From Halobacteriovorax marinus (lineage in GTDB: Bacteria > Bdellovibrionota > Bacteriovoracia > Bacteriovoracales > Bacteriovoracaceae): DNA of 64,000 nucleotides. The notes under the pieces are model-generated. The model saw only the letters and a program-made list of their open reading frames with translations, ran no database searches and was not told the DNA's origin. A program made the translations under genes and the position numbers. The DNA lies in the NCBI GenBank assembly GCA_002163155.1, contig MAAO01000005.1:167874-231873 (forward strand). The letters run 5' to 3'. Shown here in pieces: positions 36,518-46,260 of this stretch (position 1 is its first letter; each line of letters begins with the position of its first letter).

Positions 36518-37024
36518 TTATGACTTCTTTTTAAGAGAGAGCATGAGGCTAAATTCGGCCACTATTTCGTCACCTAACTTATCTGGACACTTGGCCACAA
36601 TTTTAACCGGCATATGATGACGCTCACCGCTCTCTATGACCATTTTGACAAAGTCGCTAATTTCTTCACCTTGCTCACAAATAAAGTGAGTATCACCTTC
36701 TGCTCTTTTTAAAAACTTTGCGTCAAATTCTTTAAAAGCAAGAGAAACTTTCTCACCGGAGTTTTCAATGATTTTCATGGCCGAGAGTCCACCAGCTAAA
36801 TCAGCACCACAGGCCAAAACACCAAAGTACATTGAGTTTAGGTGATTCTTTGTTCTTCTTCCGTAAGGAATTTTAACAACACAACGCTTATCAGAAAGTT
36901 CAATCACAGTAGGTCTTAACCAAAAGAGAAGAGGCACTTTTAAAAGACCAAAAATTCTGATCATAGCTGTGTCTCTATACTTTGGTGGTAGGCGATTTAA
37001 AATATTTTGAGTTATAGCGCTCAT
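36518..37024 (-). CDS. DUF4442 / PaaI-like hotdog-fold protein
   Basis: VPLLFWLRP.V, TKNHLNSMYFG, FLKRAEGD. Likely start MSAITQ at 37024 after AGGGGA. Confidence 0.8.
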   Translation of the reverse strand: MSAITQNILNRLPPKYRDTAMIRIFGLLKVPLLFWLRPTVIELSDKRCVVKIPYGRRTKNHLNSMYFGVLACGADLAGGLSAMKIIENSGEKVSLAFKEFDAKFLKRAEGDTHFICEQGEEISDFVKMVIESGERHHMPVKIVAKCPDKLGDEIVAEFSLMLSLKKKS

Positions 37025-37031
37025 GATTCCC

Positions 37032-37832
37032 CTAGGAGTTTTTAGATAATTCTTTTGATCTATTATAAGCAGCATCTATGGCCTTTTCTACCATTAATTG
37101 CATATTCTCTGATTTAAAAACTTCTAAAGCTTCATAAGTGACTCCTTTCTTACTAGTCACATTATTTCTTAGGGTTTCTGGGCCCTCATTGCTCTCAAGC
37201 TGCAGCTTACTGGCACCAAAAACGGTCCACTTCACCATTTCACTGGCCACATCAGCACCTATTCCCATGTCTACCATTTTCTGAATGAGGATCCTTGAGA
37301 ATTCAAAAATATAGGCAGGTCCAGAACCACTAAAGCCGGTAATTTTATCTATTTCATCTTCAGTTTCAAAGACAAACACTTTAGAAAAACTATCAAATAA
37401 TTTAACGAGGTGCTCTCGCTCAGAGGCGCTCACTTCATCTGAAAAATAAAAGGCATTAACTCCAGCACCAACTAAGGCCGGAGTGTTGGGCATGATTCTT
37501 AGAACTTTGGTGACTCCTAAGAGATCTTGAATAGTAGCAACTGTACTGCCTGCGAGAATGGAAATCACTACCGCATCGGGATTTAGTTTTCCCTTAATCT
37601 CAGAGGCCAATTCTTTTAATTGTTGCGGCTTACAAGAGAGCATATAGTAATCACACTTAGGAACTTCTAAAAGCGTTTCTAACACAACACCATTGACTAC
37701 ACCTGCTAGCTCTATAGCTCTTTTTTGGCTTGGAGTATAAAGTGTATAAGAAAGCTCAGCTTGCTTATTATAAAGGCCCTCAATAATCGCACGGGCCATA
37801 TTTCCACAGCCAAAACTTAGAAGTGATTTCAT
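37032..37832 (-). CDS. proC: Pyrroline-5-carboxylate reductase
   Basis: FGCGNM, CKPQ, ISILAG, RIMPNTP, GFSGSGPAY, VTSKKGVT. Start at 37832 overlaps the putA stop (ATGA). Confidence 0.93.
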   Translation of the reverse strand: MKSLLSFGCGNMARAIIEGLYNKQAELSYTLYTPSQKRAIELAGVVNGVVLETLLEVPKCDYYMLSCKPQQLKELASEIKGKLNPDAVVISILAGSTVATIQDLLGVTKVLRIMPNTPALVGAGVNAFYFSDEVSASEREHLVKLFDSFSKVFVFETEDEIDKITGFSGSGPAYIFEFSRILIQKMVDMGIGADVASEMVKWTVFGASKLQLESNEGPETLRNNVTSKKGVTYEALEVFKSENMQLMVEKAIDAAYNRSKELSKNS

Positions 37833-40800
37833 AATATTACATCCATAGGTGCTCCGTGTCTCATTGTGTTCACTGCAAATGAGCGGACATTTACATATTG
37901 ACGACAAATTCTTTTAAAATCTGTGATGTCACTTGTATCAAATTTCGAGCTAAAGTTTCTCATGACTTTATGTTCTGAAGAATTTCTATAAGAAAATTCA
38001 ATAACTTCTTGCAGACAAGACTCATCTCCGTCAACCAGAACGTTTTTGATTTCAGGATGCCCCAGAGTTTTCTTCAAGAGGTCTTCTGAAACAAAGTAAA
38101 CTTCGAAATTTTCTTTAGAAATACCATGTTCAAATACTACATCGCGAATTCCCATCCACCAGTCGTAAGATGAATTATTTCGGCAAAGAATGGTGAGACC
38201 AGAACCAGAGACGATAGCGGCCAGGGCCTCAATAATCATTTCAAAGTCAGGAAGAGTATTAAATGAAATCAGCACAGACTTCGTATTACTATTTTTATAA
38301 TCATCGTAACTCAGCTGTCCTGGAATTAACTTATTCCAATGTTCTTTATTCAGATACTCTTCGTAATTAGTCATGACCCACTTGTAAAAGCTTGTGAGAA
38401 TTTGTTTCTCATCACCGCGGATTCCTCTAAAGAGATGCTCAAAGTGGCGTAACATATGAGAGAGAATTTTATCCATTCTCTGAACTCTTGTAACTCCGCG
38501 CAGACCACTAGCTCTGGATATATCAAAGCTATAATCACTCCCCGCTTCTAGTTTAACTTCTGAACATTTGAAGTCTCTCTTTGGATTTAAGTGAAGATAA
38601 CTTAAGTAGGCCTTTCCACCGGCATTGGGTCCAGTTCCTGAGAGTTTAAACCCTCCAAAAGGTTCTATCCCGACTCTGGCACCTGTAATAGACCTATTGA
38701 CGTAAATATTTCCAGACAACATTTTATTCGTAAGATAATCAATATCATCTTGAGACTGACTAAACACTCCCCCTGTTAGAGCGTAGTCTGTTCCATTATA
38801 GAGTTTAAGCGCGTGATCTAGGTGATTAAATCCTATGATGTGAAGAACCGGGCCAAAGAGTTCTCTCGTAGCAAAACTCTCACTATGCAAAGATCTTGCA
38901 GCAGGCAGTTCTATGATGGCGGGACCAACACAGAAACCAGGAAGATCTTCGCCCGTTCTATTTACGTGAACCTTTCCACCAAATTCGTTGGCCTCTTTAG
39001 CGGCTTCTGCCACCTGAGAAATAAGTCTTTCTTTATCTGCTTTAGTTATTACAGGATTTACTGAAGTTTTAAACTCATAGGCCACACCAACTTCAAGATC
39101 AGCACAGGCCTCTTTTAACCTTTCAATGAGTCTATCTTTAACGGCATTATCTACTAGAACCCTTGAAGCTGCAGAACATTTTTGTCCAGCATGGCCAAAA
39201 GCAGAATAGAGAATTCCTGAAACGGTCTCATCTAATTCAGCGTTGGCAGTGACGATAACAGCATTCTTACCACCCATTTCAGTAATAATTCTAACCGGGT
39301 ATTTTAAGCCATTTAATTTGTTATCATATATTCTCTTATGCGCCTTAGAGGCAATAAGAGTTCCTACCATTTTAGAACCTGTAAAAATAATTCCTGCAAT
39401 TCTCTCATGAATAACAAGAGCATTCCCCACTGTTTCTCCTTCACCAGGTAAGTGAATGAGAACATCTTTTGGCACGCCACAAGAGTGAAGAATATCCACT
39501 AGCACTTGAGAGATTAAAGGAGTTTGTTCAGCTGATTTTAAGACAACTGTATTCCCAACAACAAGAGAGCTCACGACCATTCCACAAGGGATTGCCAGAG
39601 GGAAATTCCAAGGAGAAATGACCGCCACGGCACCACGAGAATCAAGTCGACTATTGTGTTTTTGTAATCGTCTCTCTTCTCTTGCGTAGAAAGTCATAAA
39701 GTCGATGGCCTCATCAACGTCTGCAAGCGCTTCATTAATAGCTTTGCCCGCCTCATAAACAATGAGAGAAGAGAGCTCATTTCTTCTTGCGAGCATAACG
39801 TTAGCAGCTCGTAGTAAACAAGAGGCGCGCAGAGTCCAATCAGACTTGGCCCAGCTTCCTTCATTGTATGAGCGGTCCACAATTTCAACCGCCCTATTAG
39901 CGTCATCTATAGAGGCAAATTGAATTTCCCCCACACAGATAGAAGGAGCGGAAGAGCAAGGAATAGATGTTCTCTTTTCGTCCTTTAAAAATTCATTTGG
40001 GTAATAGTTCCCAAGACTCGTTTTAAATAATTCAAGTTCACTCTCGGCCCATAGTCTTTGCTCATCTAAGTAAGTACGCACAGGGGCCACATTAATAAAA
40101 TCCCCAGTTAAATGAGTTTGCGACTTATCACGCTCAAGGTGTCCATCGGTTATTTTCTTTTTATGAACCTCACAAGGTGTCACTAGAGATTGTTGCTTCT
40201 TATGGGAGCGCATGATTGTAAGAACTCCAACTTGGGAAGAGTTTTCCATAACTCTTCGTACCAAGTAGGCCATTCCTACGATCAAAGAACCAATGGGAAC
40301 ATAATTTCTCACCACCCAATTCATTTTCGCCATGGCCGTTGAAAGGGCCTCATAAGTCATGTGAAGACACTGATGTTCAATCATGGGTGTACTTGGAAAC
40401 TTCTTCTCTCTAAGAGTCACAGCGAAGGCATGATCAGCGAAGTTATGAGAAGCGAGACAAAGTTGCACATGAGGATTTGCTTCAAAGATTTTGATAATGA
40501 GTTGCCTAAAATGAAGATCAGTTTCTTCTTTATTTAAAAACTCAGGAGCATCAAAACCATGAGCATCGGCCTCTATTGTTTCAGCGTCCCAGTAGGCCCC
40601 TTTTACAATTCTAATAGGCATAACGAGTCCACGCTCAGTAGCGAGGGACACAATTTCTTGTAAGTGTTTATAAGCATCACGTAAGTAGGCCTGCAGAACA
40701 ATTCCAGTACTCTTGAAGTCATGAAGTTCTGGAGTCTCTAGGAGAACTTTCTTATAAACTTTAAAGACGATGTCTCGGTAGTCATAATGTTCAGCATCTA

Positions 40801-42010
40801 TATTAATAAAGACATCTTCTTCTTTTGCCGCCAAGAGAATCTTCTTAAGCCTAGGGGCCACGTGATCATAAGTATAATCTGGGGCATAGGGCTTAAAGTC
40901 AGAGCAAAGGGCAGAAACTTTTATAGATACGTGTGCCCTATTAATTCCAGCAGCATTCTTATCACCTTTTTTAACATGTAAAGAAAAACCACGAATGAGT
41001 TTGATCACTTCATTACTGTAATGATCCGCCTCTTTTTCAGAGACAACTAATTCTCCTAACTGATCAAGAGTCACATCACGCCCTGATTCAAAGAGTAGTT
41101 TCAAGGCTGCTTGCGATGTTTCAATAGTTTCGCCAGCAATAAATCTCTTGGCCATGTAGCGCACTTTGAAGCGCACAAATGTAGTGAGTGGCTTTGCAGG
41201 AAAGTACTTACAAAGAAAGAAGGCCACTCTTGTATAAACATATAAAGTTTTAGGAAGTGCCTTGTTTTGTCCTTTTAAATTTAATCTCTTCGACTTTCTT
41301 GTATCGTCCACTAGTCTTCTTATGGACTCTAGAAGAATTCTCTTCACTTCGTGTCCCTCTAAATCGTGATCAAGAGAAGGAAGAATCGCTAAGAACTTTA
41401 AAAGGTGAATTCTAAGAAGAGCAAACTGTGCAGTAAGACCTAAACCCCAGTCAGAAAGTCTTTCAAATAAACTAGGTGTGTAGGAGTTTAAATAAACCAT
41501 GAGTCTTTCTATGACTTTAGAAGAGTCACGGTCTACTTCACTATAGAATTCTTCTTCTAAGAAATCAGGCAGAACAGCACTCTTAGTGAGTAGTTGATAA
41601 GTTGAAGGAAATTCCCTAGAAGAAAGAGAGGCCACAGTTTCTGTGTGAAATTTCATTTCTTTTAAGAGAGTATTTAACTCTGTACTTCTGTCAGCAATTT
41701 TTTCGACTTCAGGAATAATAAAGAGTTCATAACTCAATTTTGGAGAATAGAGTCTAATAGTTTTTTCACCAAAGAAGAAACCTACTAGATAGGGAGCACT
41801 TCTTAGAAACATTTGTTTTCTAAAATCTGTTGTGGCCGCATCGAAATGCTTAGAGAGCTCTTTTGTCACTCCAACTTCTATTTTTTCACCATCAAGTAAA
41901 GAGACAGAATAATCAGAATTGAAAATGATTTTCCAGCCATCTTTTAGATCCATTGTCTTAAGACTTGGTACAAGCATATTCTTTAATTCTATTGTTTTTT
42001 CAATATCCAT
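37829..42010 (-). CDS. putA: Bifunctional proline dehydrogenase / glutamate semialdehyde dehydrogenase
   Basis: PRODH motifs (IDAE, LQAYLRD, RIVKGAYWDAE, ASHN, AYLVRRVMEN) and ALDH motifs (ISPWNFP, EMGGKN, GQKCSAASR, ELFGPV, PFGG). Confidence 0.92.
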   Translation of the reverse strand: MDIEKTIELKNMLVPSLKTMDLKDGWKIIFNSDYSVSLLDGEKIEVGVTKELSKHFDAATTDFRKQMFLRSAPYLVGFFFGEKTIRLYSPKLSYELFIIPEVEKIADRSTELNTLLKEMKFHTETVASLSSREFPSTYQLLTKSAVLPDFLEEEFYSEVDRDSSKVIERLMVYLNSYTPSLFERLSDWGLGLTAQFALLRIHLLKFLAILPSLDHDLEGHEVKRILLESIRRLVDDTRKSKRLNLKGQNKALPKTLYVYTRVAFFLCKYFPAKPLTTFVRFKVRYMAKRFIAGETIETSQAALKLLFESGRDVTLDQLGELVVSEKEADHYSNEVIKLIRGFSLHVKKGDKNAAGINRAHVSIKVSALCSDFKPYAPDYTYDHVAPRLKKILLAAKEEDVFINIDAEHYDYRDIVFKVYKKVLLETPELHDFKSTGIVLQAYLRDAYKHLQEIVSLATERGLVMPIRIVKGAYWDAETIEADAHGFDAPEFLNKEETDLHFRQLIIKIFEANPHVQLCLASHNFADHAFAVTLREKKFPSTPMIEHQCLHMTYEALSTAMAKMNWVVRNYVPIGSLIVGMAYLVRRVMENSSQVGVLTIMRSHKKQQSLVTPCEVHKKKITDGHLERDKSQTHLTGDFINVAPVRTYLDEQRLWAESELELFKTSLGNYYPNEFLKDEKRTSIPCSSAPSICVGEIQFASIDDANRAVEIVDRSYNEGSWAKSDWTLRASCLLRAANVMLARRNELSSLIVYEAGKAINEALADVDEAIDFMTFYAREERRLQKHNSRLDSRGAVAVISPWNFPLAIPCGMVVSSLVVGNTVVLKSAEQTPLISQVLVDILHSCGVPKDVLIHLPGEGETVGNALVIHERIAGIIFTGSKMVGTLIASKAHKRIYDNKLNGLKYPVRIITEMGGKNAVIVTANAELDETVSGILYSAFGHAGQKCSAASRVLVDNAVKDRLIERLKEACADLEVGVAYEFKTSVNPVITKADKERLISQVAEAAKEANEFGGKVHVNRTGEDLPGFCVGPAIIELPAARSLHSESFATRELFGPVLHIIGFNHLDHALKLYNGTDYALTGGVFSQSQDDIDYLTNKMLSGNIYVNRSITGARVGIEPFGGFKLSGTGPNAGGKAYLSYLHLNPKRDFKCSEVKLEAGSDYSFDISRASGLRGVTRVQRMDKILSHMLRHFEHLFRGIRGDEKQILTSFYKWVMTNYEEYLNKEHWNKLIPGQLSYDDYKNSNTKSVLISFNTLPDFEMIIEALAAIVSGSGLTILCRNNSSYDWWMGIRDVVFEHGISKENFEVYFVSEDLLKKTLGHPEIKNVLVDGDESCLQEVIEFSYRNSSEHKVMRNFSSKFDTSDITDFKRICRQYVNVRSFAVNTMRHGAPMDVIL

Positions 42011-42195
42011 GAATCACCTAATTTAACTTATAATTTTAAACACTTAAATCTACAATAAATGACGAAAATCGCCTAGCTTTCCGTACAGAATAATTTCACT
42101 TGAACGACCGACGCCCCGCGACGGGAAAACTTTTTATTTGCATAAATAGAGCCTTAGTTTAAAATGAAGTGATAAAATGAAAACGTGGAAAAAAG

Positions 42196-42564
42196 ATGAG
42201 TGATAAAATTGTTCTTATTGTGGATGACGAAGAGAAGTTAGTTGAACTGACGGCCGATCTGATTGAGGCGATGGGACATGAAGTTGAAGTGCACACAAGT
42301 TCAGAGAAAGCGCTAGTTTCATTTTGCGCCAATCCACAGAACTATAAACTTGTTATCACTGACCACACAATGCCAGGCCTTTCGGGGGTAGATCTCATTT
42401 TAAAAATTCGTGAATATTCTTTGGATATTCCCTGCATTCTCACTACAGGAGCAGTGCTTAGTGAGGTTGAAGAGCTTTTTAGTGCTGATCCTAATTTAAC
42501 ATATTTGAAAAAACCTTATAGAAGAGCAAATCTACAAGAACTTCTCGAGAAATATACCTCCTAA
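42196..42564 (+). CDS. Single-domain response regulator
   Basis: VLIVDDE, VITDHTMPGLSG, LTTG, KKPY. Confidence 0.9.
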   Translation: MSDKIVLIVDDEEKLVELTADLIEAMGHEVEVHTSSEKALVSFCANPQNYKLVITDHTMPGLSGVDLILKIREYSLDIPCILTTGAVLSEVEELFSADPNLTYLKKPYRRANLQELLEKYTS

Positions 42565-42566
42565 AA

Positions 42567-42595
42567 TTGACTCACTGAATTCAAATGATTACAAT
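42567..42595 (+). promoter_or_regulatory. Sigma70-like promoter
   Basis: TTGACT-17 nt-TACAAT, ending 8 nt before the ATG at 42604. Confidence 0.6.
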
Positions 42596-42603
42596 TATTT
42601 AAG

Positions 42604-43749
42604 ATGGAAAAAACTTTTTCTAAAATTCTTATCTGCCTACTCATATTCACGCTACGTGTTAGTGCTCAAAAATACGATATTAGAGATTTAGAACAATTAT
42701 CTAAGAATAAGAACTTTCAAGAGTTTCTTAATCATGCCAAAGATATTCGTCCCTCCAAGAGAACAAAGTATTGGAGTGAGATGCTCCAGAATATGGCCCT
42801 AGGTCAAATTGACTTCTACTTAGAAAAAAGAATTTTAAACGATTCTTCATTCACCCAAATTGAAAAATTGGCTCTATGGCCTGAGCTGATAAAAGACGAG
42901 TTCTTTCAAATAAAGAGAAATCGTTTTGTAGAATTCTATCTAGAGCAATGTTTTGAAAAAAGACAAAATAAGCAAACTTGTTCTGATCAGCTCTATAGTT
43001 TTTGGAATTCTAGCAATCAAAACCCTGATCTTGCCATGACTATGGTTAATATCTTAAGGACCTTTTCTAGTGCGAAGAATTATTGGACCTTTTATCAAAA
43101 AATTACAAAGAGTGATTTACAAGAATTCTATTGCCCAAAACCAAGAGTGAAAACCGCTATATTTAATCATTTAAGGAAAAACCTCGAAGAAGTTGATGAA
43201 GTCAAAGTTATCAATAATTTTATCACTACCAGTATTGGAAATACATGTTGGCACTCTATCTTGGCAGACCTTAAAGGACTTCTCTTTTCCAAGAAACAAG
43301 GACTAAGAGACTTTTCTTTTAAAATCCTTAGTGCCAAAGAAGCAATGACTCAACTAGAACGCGACACCTACTTAGTGTTTTACATTCTTTCTAATCCTAT
43401 CATTGGAAATAATTTCAATCGTGCCTGGACAACTATGATGTCCATGGGTCAGGACTATGGCAGAAGAGTCAAAGTCTATAATAGACTTAAATTTATTGAT
43501 CCCCTTCCGGGCGAAGTATTCTCCCATAGAGTCACTGAAAAGAGAGAGGCCATTATAAACCTCTTTCACCAAAATTTTCCCGAGTACTTAAATCACTACG
43601 CAAAGACTTGTGTCAATTTTCTCAAAGGACAGGGCGATTTTCCCAATGGAAACCCCACCCTTCACTGCGATGAGCTCTATAAAATCTCTAAGAAGAAGAG
43701 ATGGATTAATCAGACGCTTAAGCTTCAATATTCTGCCATAAAGAAATAA
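42604..43749 (+). CDS. Hypothetical secreted protein
   Basis: 381-aa ORF with a signal peptide (LLIFTLRVSA-Q), helical, several Cys; no motif recognised. Confidence 0.7.
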   Translation: MEKTFSKILICLLIFTLRVSAQKYDIRDLEQLSKNKNFQEFLNHAKDIRPSKRTKYWSEMLQNMALGQIDFYLEKRILNDSSFTQIEKLALWPELIKDEFFQIKRNRFVEFYLEQCFEKRQNKQTCSDQLYSFWNSSNQNPDLAMTMVNILRTFSSAKNYWTFYQKITKSDLQEFYCPKPRVKTAIFNHLRKNLEEVDEVKVINNFITTSIGNTCWHSILADLKGLLFSKKQGLRDFSFKILSAKEAMTQLERDTYLVFYILSNPIIGNNFNRAWTTMMSMGQDYGRRVKVYNRLKFIDPLPGEVFSHRVTEKREAIINLFHQNFPEYLNHYAKTCVNFLKGQGDFPNGNPTLHCDELYKISKKKRWINQTLKLQYSAIKK

Positions 43750-43763
43750 ATTAGGATTTTGAA

Positions 43764-44741
43764 TTGATATCCATACTCATGCCATTCAAGAACGAGTCTG
43801 CTCACTTAAAAGAGACCATTGAATCGATTCAAAACCAGACCTATAGCAACTTTGAAGTCATCGCCATTGACGATCATTCAAGTGATAACTCTTATGAATT
43901 TTTAGAAGAAGTTTCTAAATCTGATCCGCGCTTTAGTGTCTACAAAAATACAGGGACTGGAATAATTGAGGCACTAAAGACCGCCTCACAACATATTTTG
44001 GGAGATTATGTCACTCGTCAAGACGCCGATGACCTCATGCCTTCAACTAAGCTAGAGAACCTACTAGAGCTGTTAAAAAACGCAGGAAGAAATCACATTG
44101 CCACCGGAAGAGTTGAATACTTTAGTCATAAAGATATGGGCAATGGTTTTTTAAAATATGAGAATTGGCTAAACTCCCTTTGTGAAAATGATAATCACTA
44201 TTCTCAAATTTATAAAGAATGCGTACTAGTCTCTTCAAATTGGTTACTATACATTGAAGACTTCAATAAGCTAGGTGGCTATCAAGATGCTATCTATCCA
44301 GAAGACTATCACTTTGTCTTTAAGCTCTTTACCCACGACTTTAAAATTGTCAGCTCTAAGAATGTCACTCACCTTTGGCGTGATCATGAACACAGGGCCT
44401 CTAGAAATCTAGAGCAGTATAGAGATCAAAAATTCTTCCCGCTAAAAGTTCAGTTTTTTAAAGAAATAGTGGGAGTTGAGAAGATTTGTCTGTGGGGAGC
44501 AGGTCCCACAGGAAAGAAGTTAGCAAAAGAGCTTATTAAAAATGAGATCCCTTTTATCTGGATCACTAATAATGAAAAGAAAATTGGAAAAAATATTTAC
44601 GGTGTAAAAGTTCAACACTTCAGTGACCTTGAACATTTACTAGATCATCATCTCATCATCTCTGTGACTCAAAGAGATGCCATCGCTTCTATATTCGAAT
44701 ACCTAGAAAGCATTCATTTTAAAAACCATTACGAATTTTAA
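43764..44741 (+). CDS. Family 2 glycosyltransferase
   Basis: ISILMPFKN, IDDHSSD, RQDADD, PEDY; C-terminal LWGAGPTG Rossmann-like part. Confidence 0.9.
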   Translation: MISILMPFKNESAHLKETIESIQNQTYSNFEVIAIDDHSSDNSYEFLEEVSKSDPRFSVYKNTGTGIIEALKTASQHILGDYVTRQDADDLMPSTKLENLLELLKNAGRNHIATGRVEYFSHKDMGNGFLKYENWLNSLCENDNHYSQIYKECVLVSSNWLLYIEDFNKLGGYQDAIYPEDYHFVFKLFTHDFKIVSSKNVTHLWRDHEHRASRNLEQYRDQKFFPLKVQFFKEIVGVEKICLWGAGPTGKKLAKELIKNEIPFIWITNNEKKIGKNIYGVKVQHFSDLEHLLDHHLIISVTQRDAIASIFEYLESIHFKNHYEF

Positions 44742-45388
44742 ACTAAGTCTTCATAGAGCTTTAAGGTTTCTAAATACATATCATCCCCTAGCGACTTTCT
44801 TTTGTAGTGAGAAGCTAGTGCTCTAAAGTACTTGAAACTTTCACTATTCTTACTATCAAAGAGCTTTGAGCCTATGGGATCAATGTCTTCACCATTACTA
44901 AGACTCACCAAGAGCAGCTCATAACCCTTACTTCTCTCAAAACTCAATTTCTCAGCTTTCAGCAAGAAACCATGATCTCTTAGAAACTTTCTAAGATCAA
45001 ACATGTGATACTGTGCGGAGATTAGTATGTCACATTGACTTAAATCGTTACGATTCAACAGCTCGCTGATAATACCAATCGCCACATCTCCTCCCACTCC
45101 ACATATACAGATGAGAGACTTCTCATTGGAAACTTTAATTTTTTCGGCATTTAAAACATGTAACTCAAAGCTGGCTTCAGGGATAACAGCAAGGGATTTG
45201 ATTTTTCTTTTTAAGGAAGAAATAATTCTTGGAACTTGATCCACAAAGTGAACTTTTTCTGATTTGTTCTCTTCTATGACTGCAAGGCCTAGAAGGCCAT
45301 GATCACAACAAGTATCCCAAACTTCACTATATCCAGACTCAATGAGATCAAAAATATCTCTTAGCCTACGTCCTAAATGAGTTTTCAT
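44738..45388 (-). CDS. trmK: tRNA (adenine22-N1)-methyltransferase TrmK-like
   Basis: RRLRDI, WDTCCDHGLL, ICGVGGD and LRKFL...GF motifs. Confidence 0.75.
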   Translation of the reverse strand: MKTHLGRRLRDIFDLIESGYSEVWDTCCDHGLLGLAVIEENKSEKVHFVDQVPRIISSLKRKIKSLAVIPEASFELHVLNAEKIKVSNEKSLICICGVGGDVAIGIISELLNRNDLSQCDILISAQYHMFDLRKFLRDHGFLLKAEKLSFERSKGYELLLVSLSNGEDIDPIGSKLFDSKNSESFKYFRALASHYKRKSLGDDMYLETLKLYEDLV

Positions 45389-45409
45389 TTATCCCACTCC
45401 CAAATTGAT

Positions 45410-46195
45410 TTATTCAAAGTGAACTTTATTTAAAATGAGTCCAGAAGATGGGGCCACAAAACCTATTGCCTCTTTCGCTGTTTCGCCACTTATGAGCGAG
45501 TCACTTATATCTTCTAAAGTGATCTCACCACGTCCTAGACGAACCAGCGCTCCCACCATCAGACGAATCTGTTGGCGCATAAATCCCTTTCCGTGAACTT
45601 GTAGTATCCAGGACTCTTTTGGAAAGAAGCTTGCTGTGTAGAGATCATTTTCTACAATCTCACACAATTCTACGGATCTATCAAATTCTCCAGCTGGATT
45701 GGGTCTAAAGCAGTAACTTTTAAAGTTATGTCTACCTTCAAAGAGTTTCGCTCCCTCTTTCATGAGATTTATATCTAATGAGTCAGAGAAATTGACCATC
45801 AGTGGTGCACTAAAAGGGTGAATCTTCTCTCCATAGGTGAAAATATATTGGTATTCTTTAATTTTCGGATCATTAATAATCTTAAAGCTCTCGTCCACTT
45901 CTGTGACATCTAGTGCTCTAATATCTGCTGGTAGATTGGTATTTAAATCAGCTAGAAGTTTTGCTGGGTCCTGCTCATCTCGAACAAAGAGCTCTAGAGC
46001 AAATTGATTGGCAGAGACCTTAGCGTCGGTTCTCCCGGCGCCTAGAGTTTTAAACTGATCATGATCAAAGATGAAGTGAAACGTCTTATCGACCATCTCT
46101 TGCACAGTTTTAGCATTGGTTTGTTTCTGCCAACCGCTGTAGCGAAAACCAATGAATTGAATATTAATGAGGTAGTAGAATTTTTTCATGGCCAA
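45410..46195 (-). CDS. truA: tRNA pseudouridine synthase A
   Basis: GFRYSGWQ, GAGRTDAKVSA, GRHNFKSY, GFMRQQIRLMVG, APSSGL. Confidence 0.92.
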   Translation of the reverse strand: MAMKKFYYLINIQFIGFRYSGWQKQTNAKTVQEMVDKTFHFIFDHDQFKTLGAGRTDAKVSANQFALELFVRDEQDPAKLLADLNTNLPADIRALDVTEVDESFKIINDPKIKEYQYIFTYGEKIHPFSAPLMVNFSDSLDINLMKEGAKLFEGRHNFKSYCFRPNPAGEFDRSVELCEIVENDLYTASFFPKESWILQVHGKGFMRQQIRLMVGALVRLGRGEITLEDISDSLISGETAKEAIGFVAPSSGLILNKVHFE

Positions 46196-46204
46196 TTTTC
46201 AGGT

Positions 46205-46231
46205 AAAAAAAAGCCCTCTAAAAAAGAGGGC
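46205..46231 (-). terminator. Intrinsic terminator after the SWIB gene
   Basis: GCCCTCT / AGAGGGC stem with a 5-nt loop, followed on the minus strand by T8. Confidence 0.75.
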
Positions 46232-46260
46232 CTTATATTTAATTTAAAATTTAAATCAAA

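Noticed and set aside
43764-46195. GT2-trmK-truA as a new tRNA glycosylation system
   Set aside because: The GT2 gene is convergent to trmK/truA and looks like an ordinary GT2 family member.
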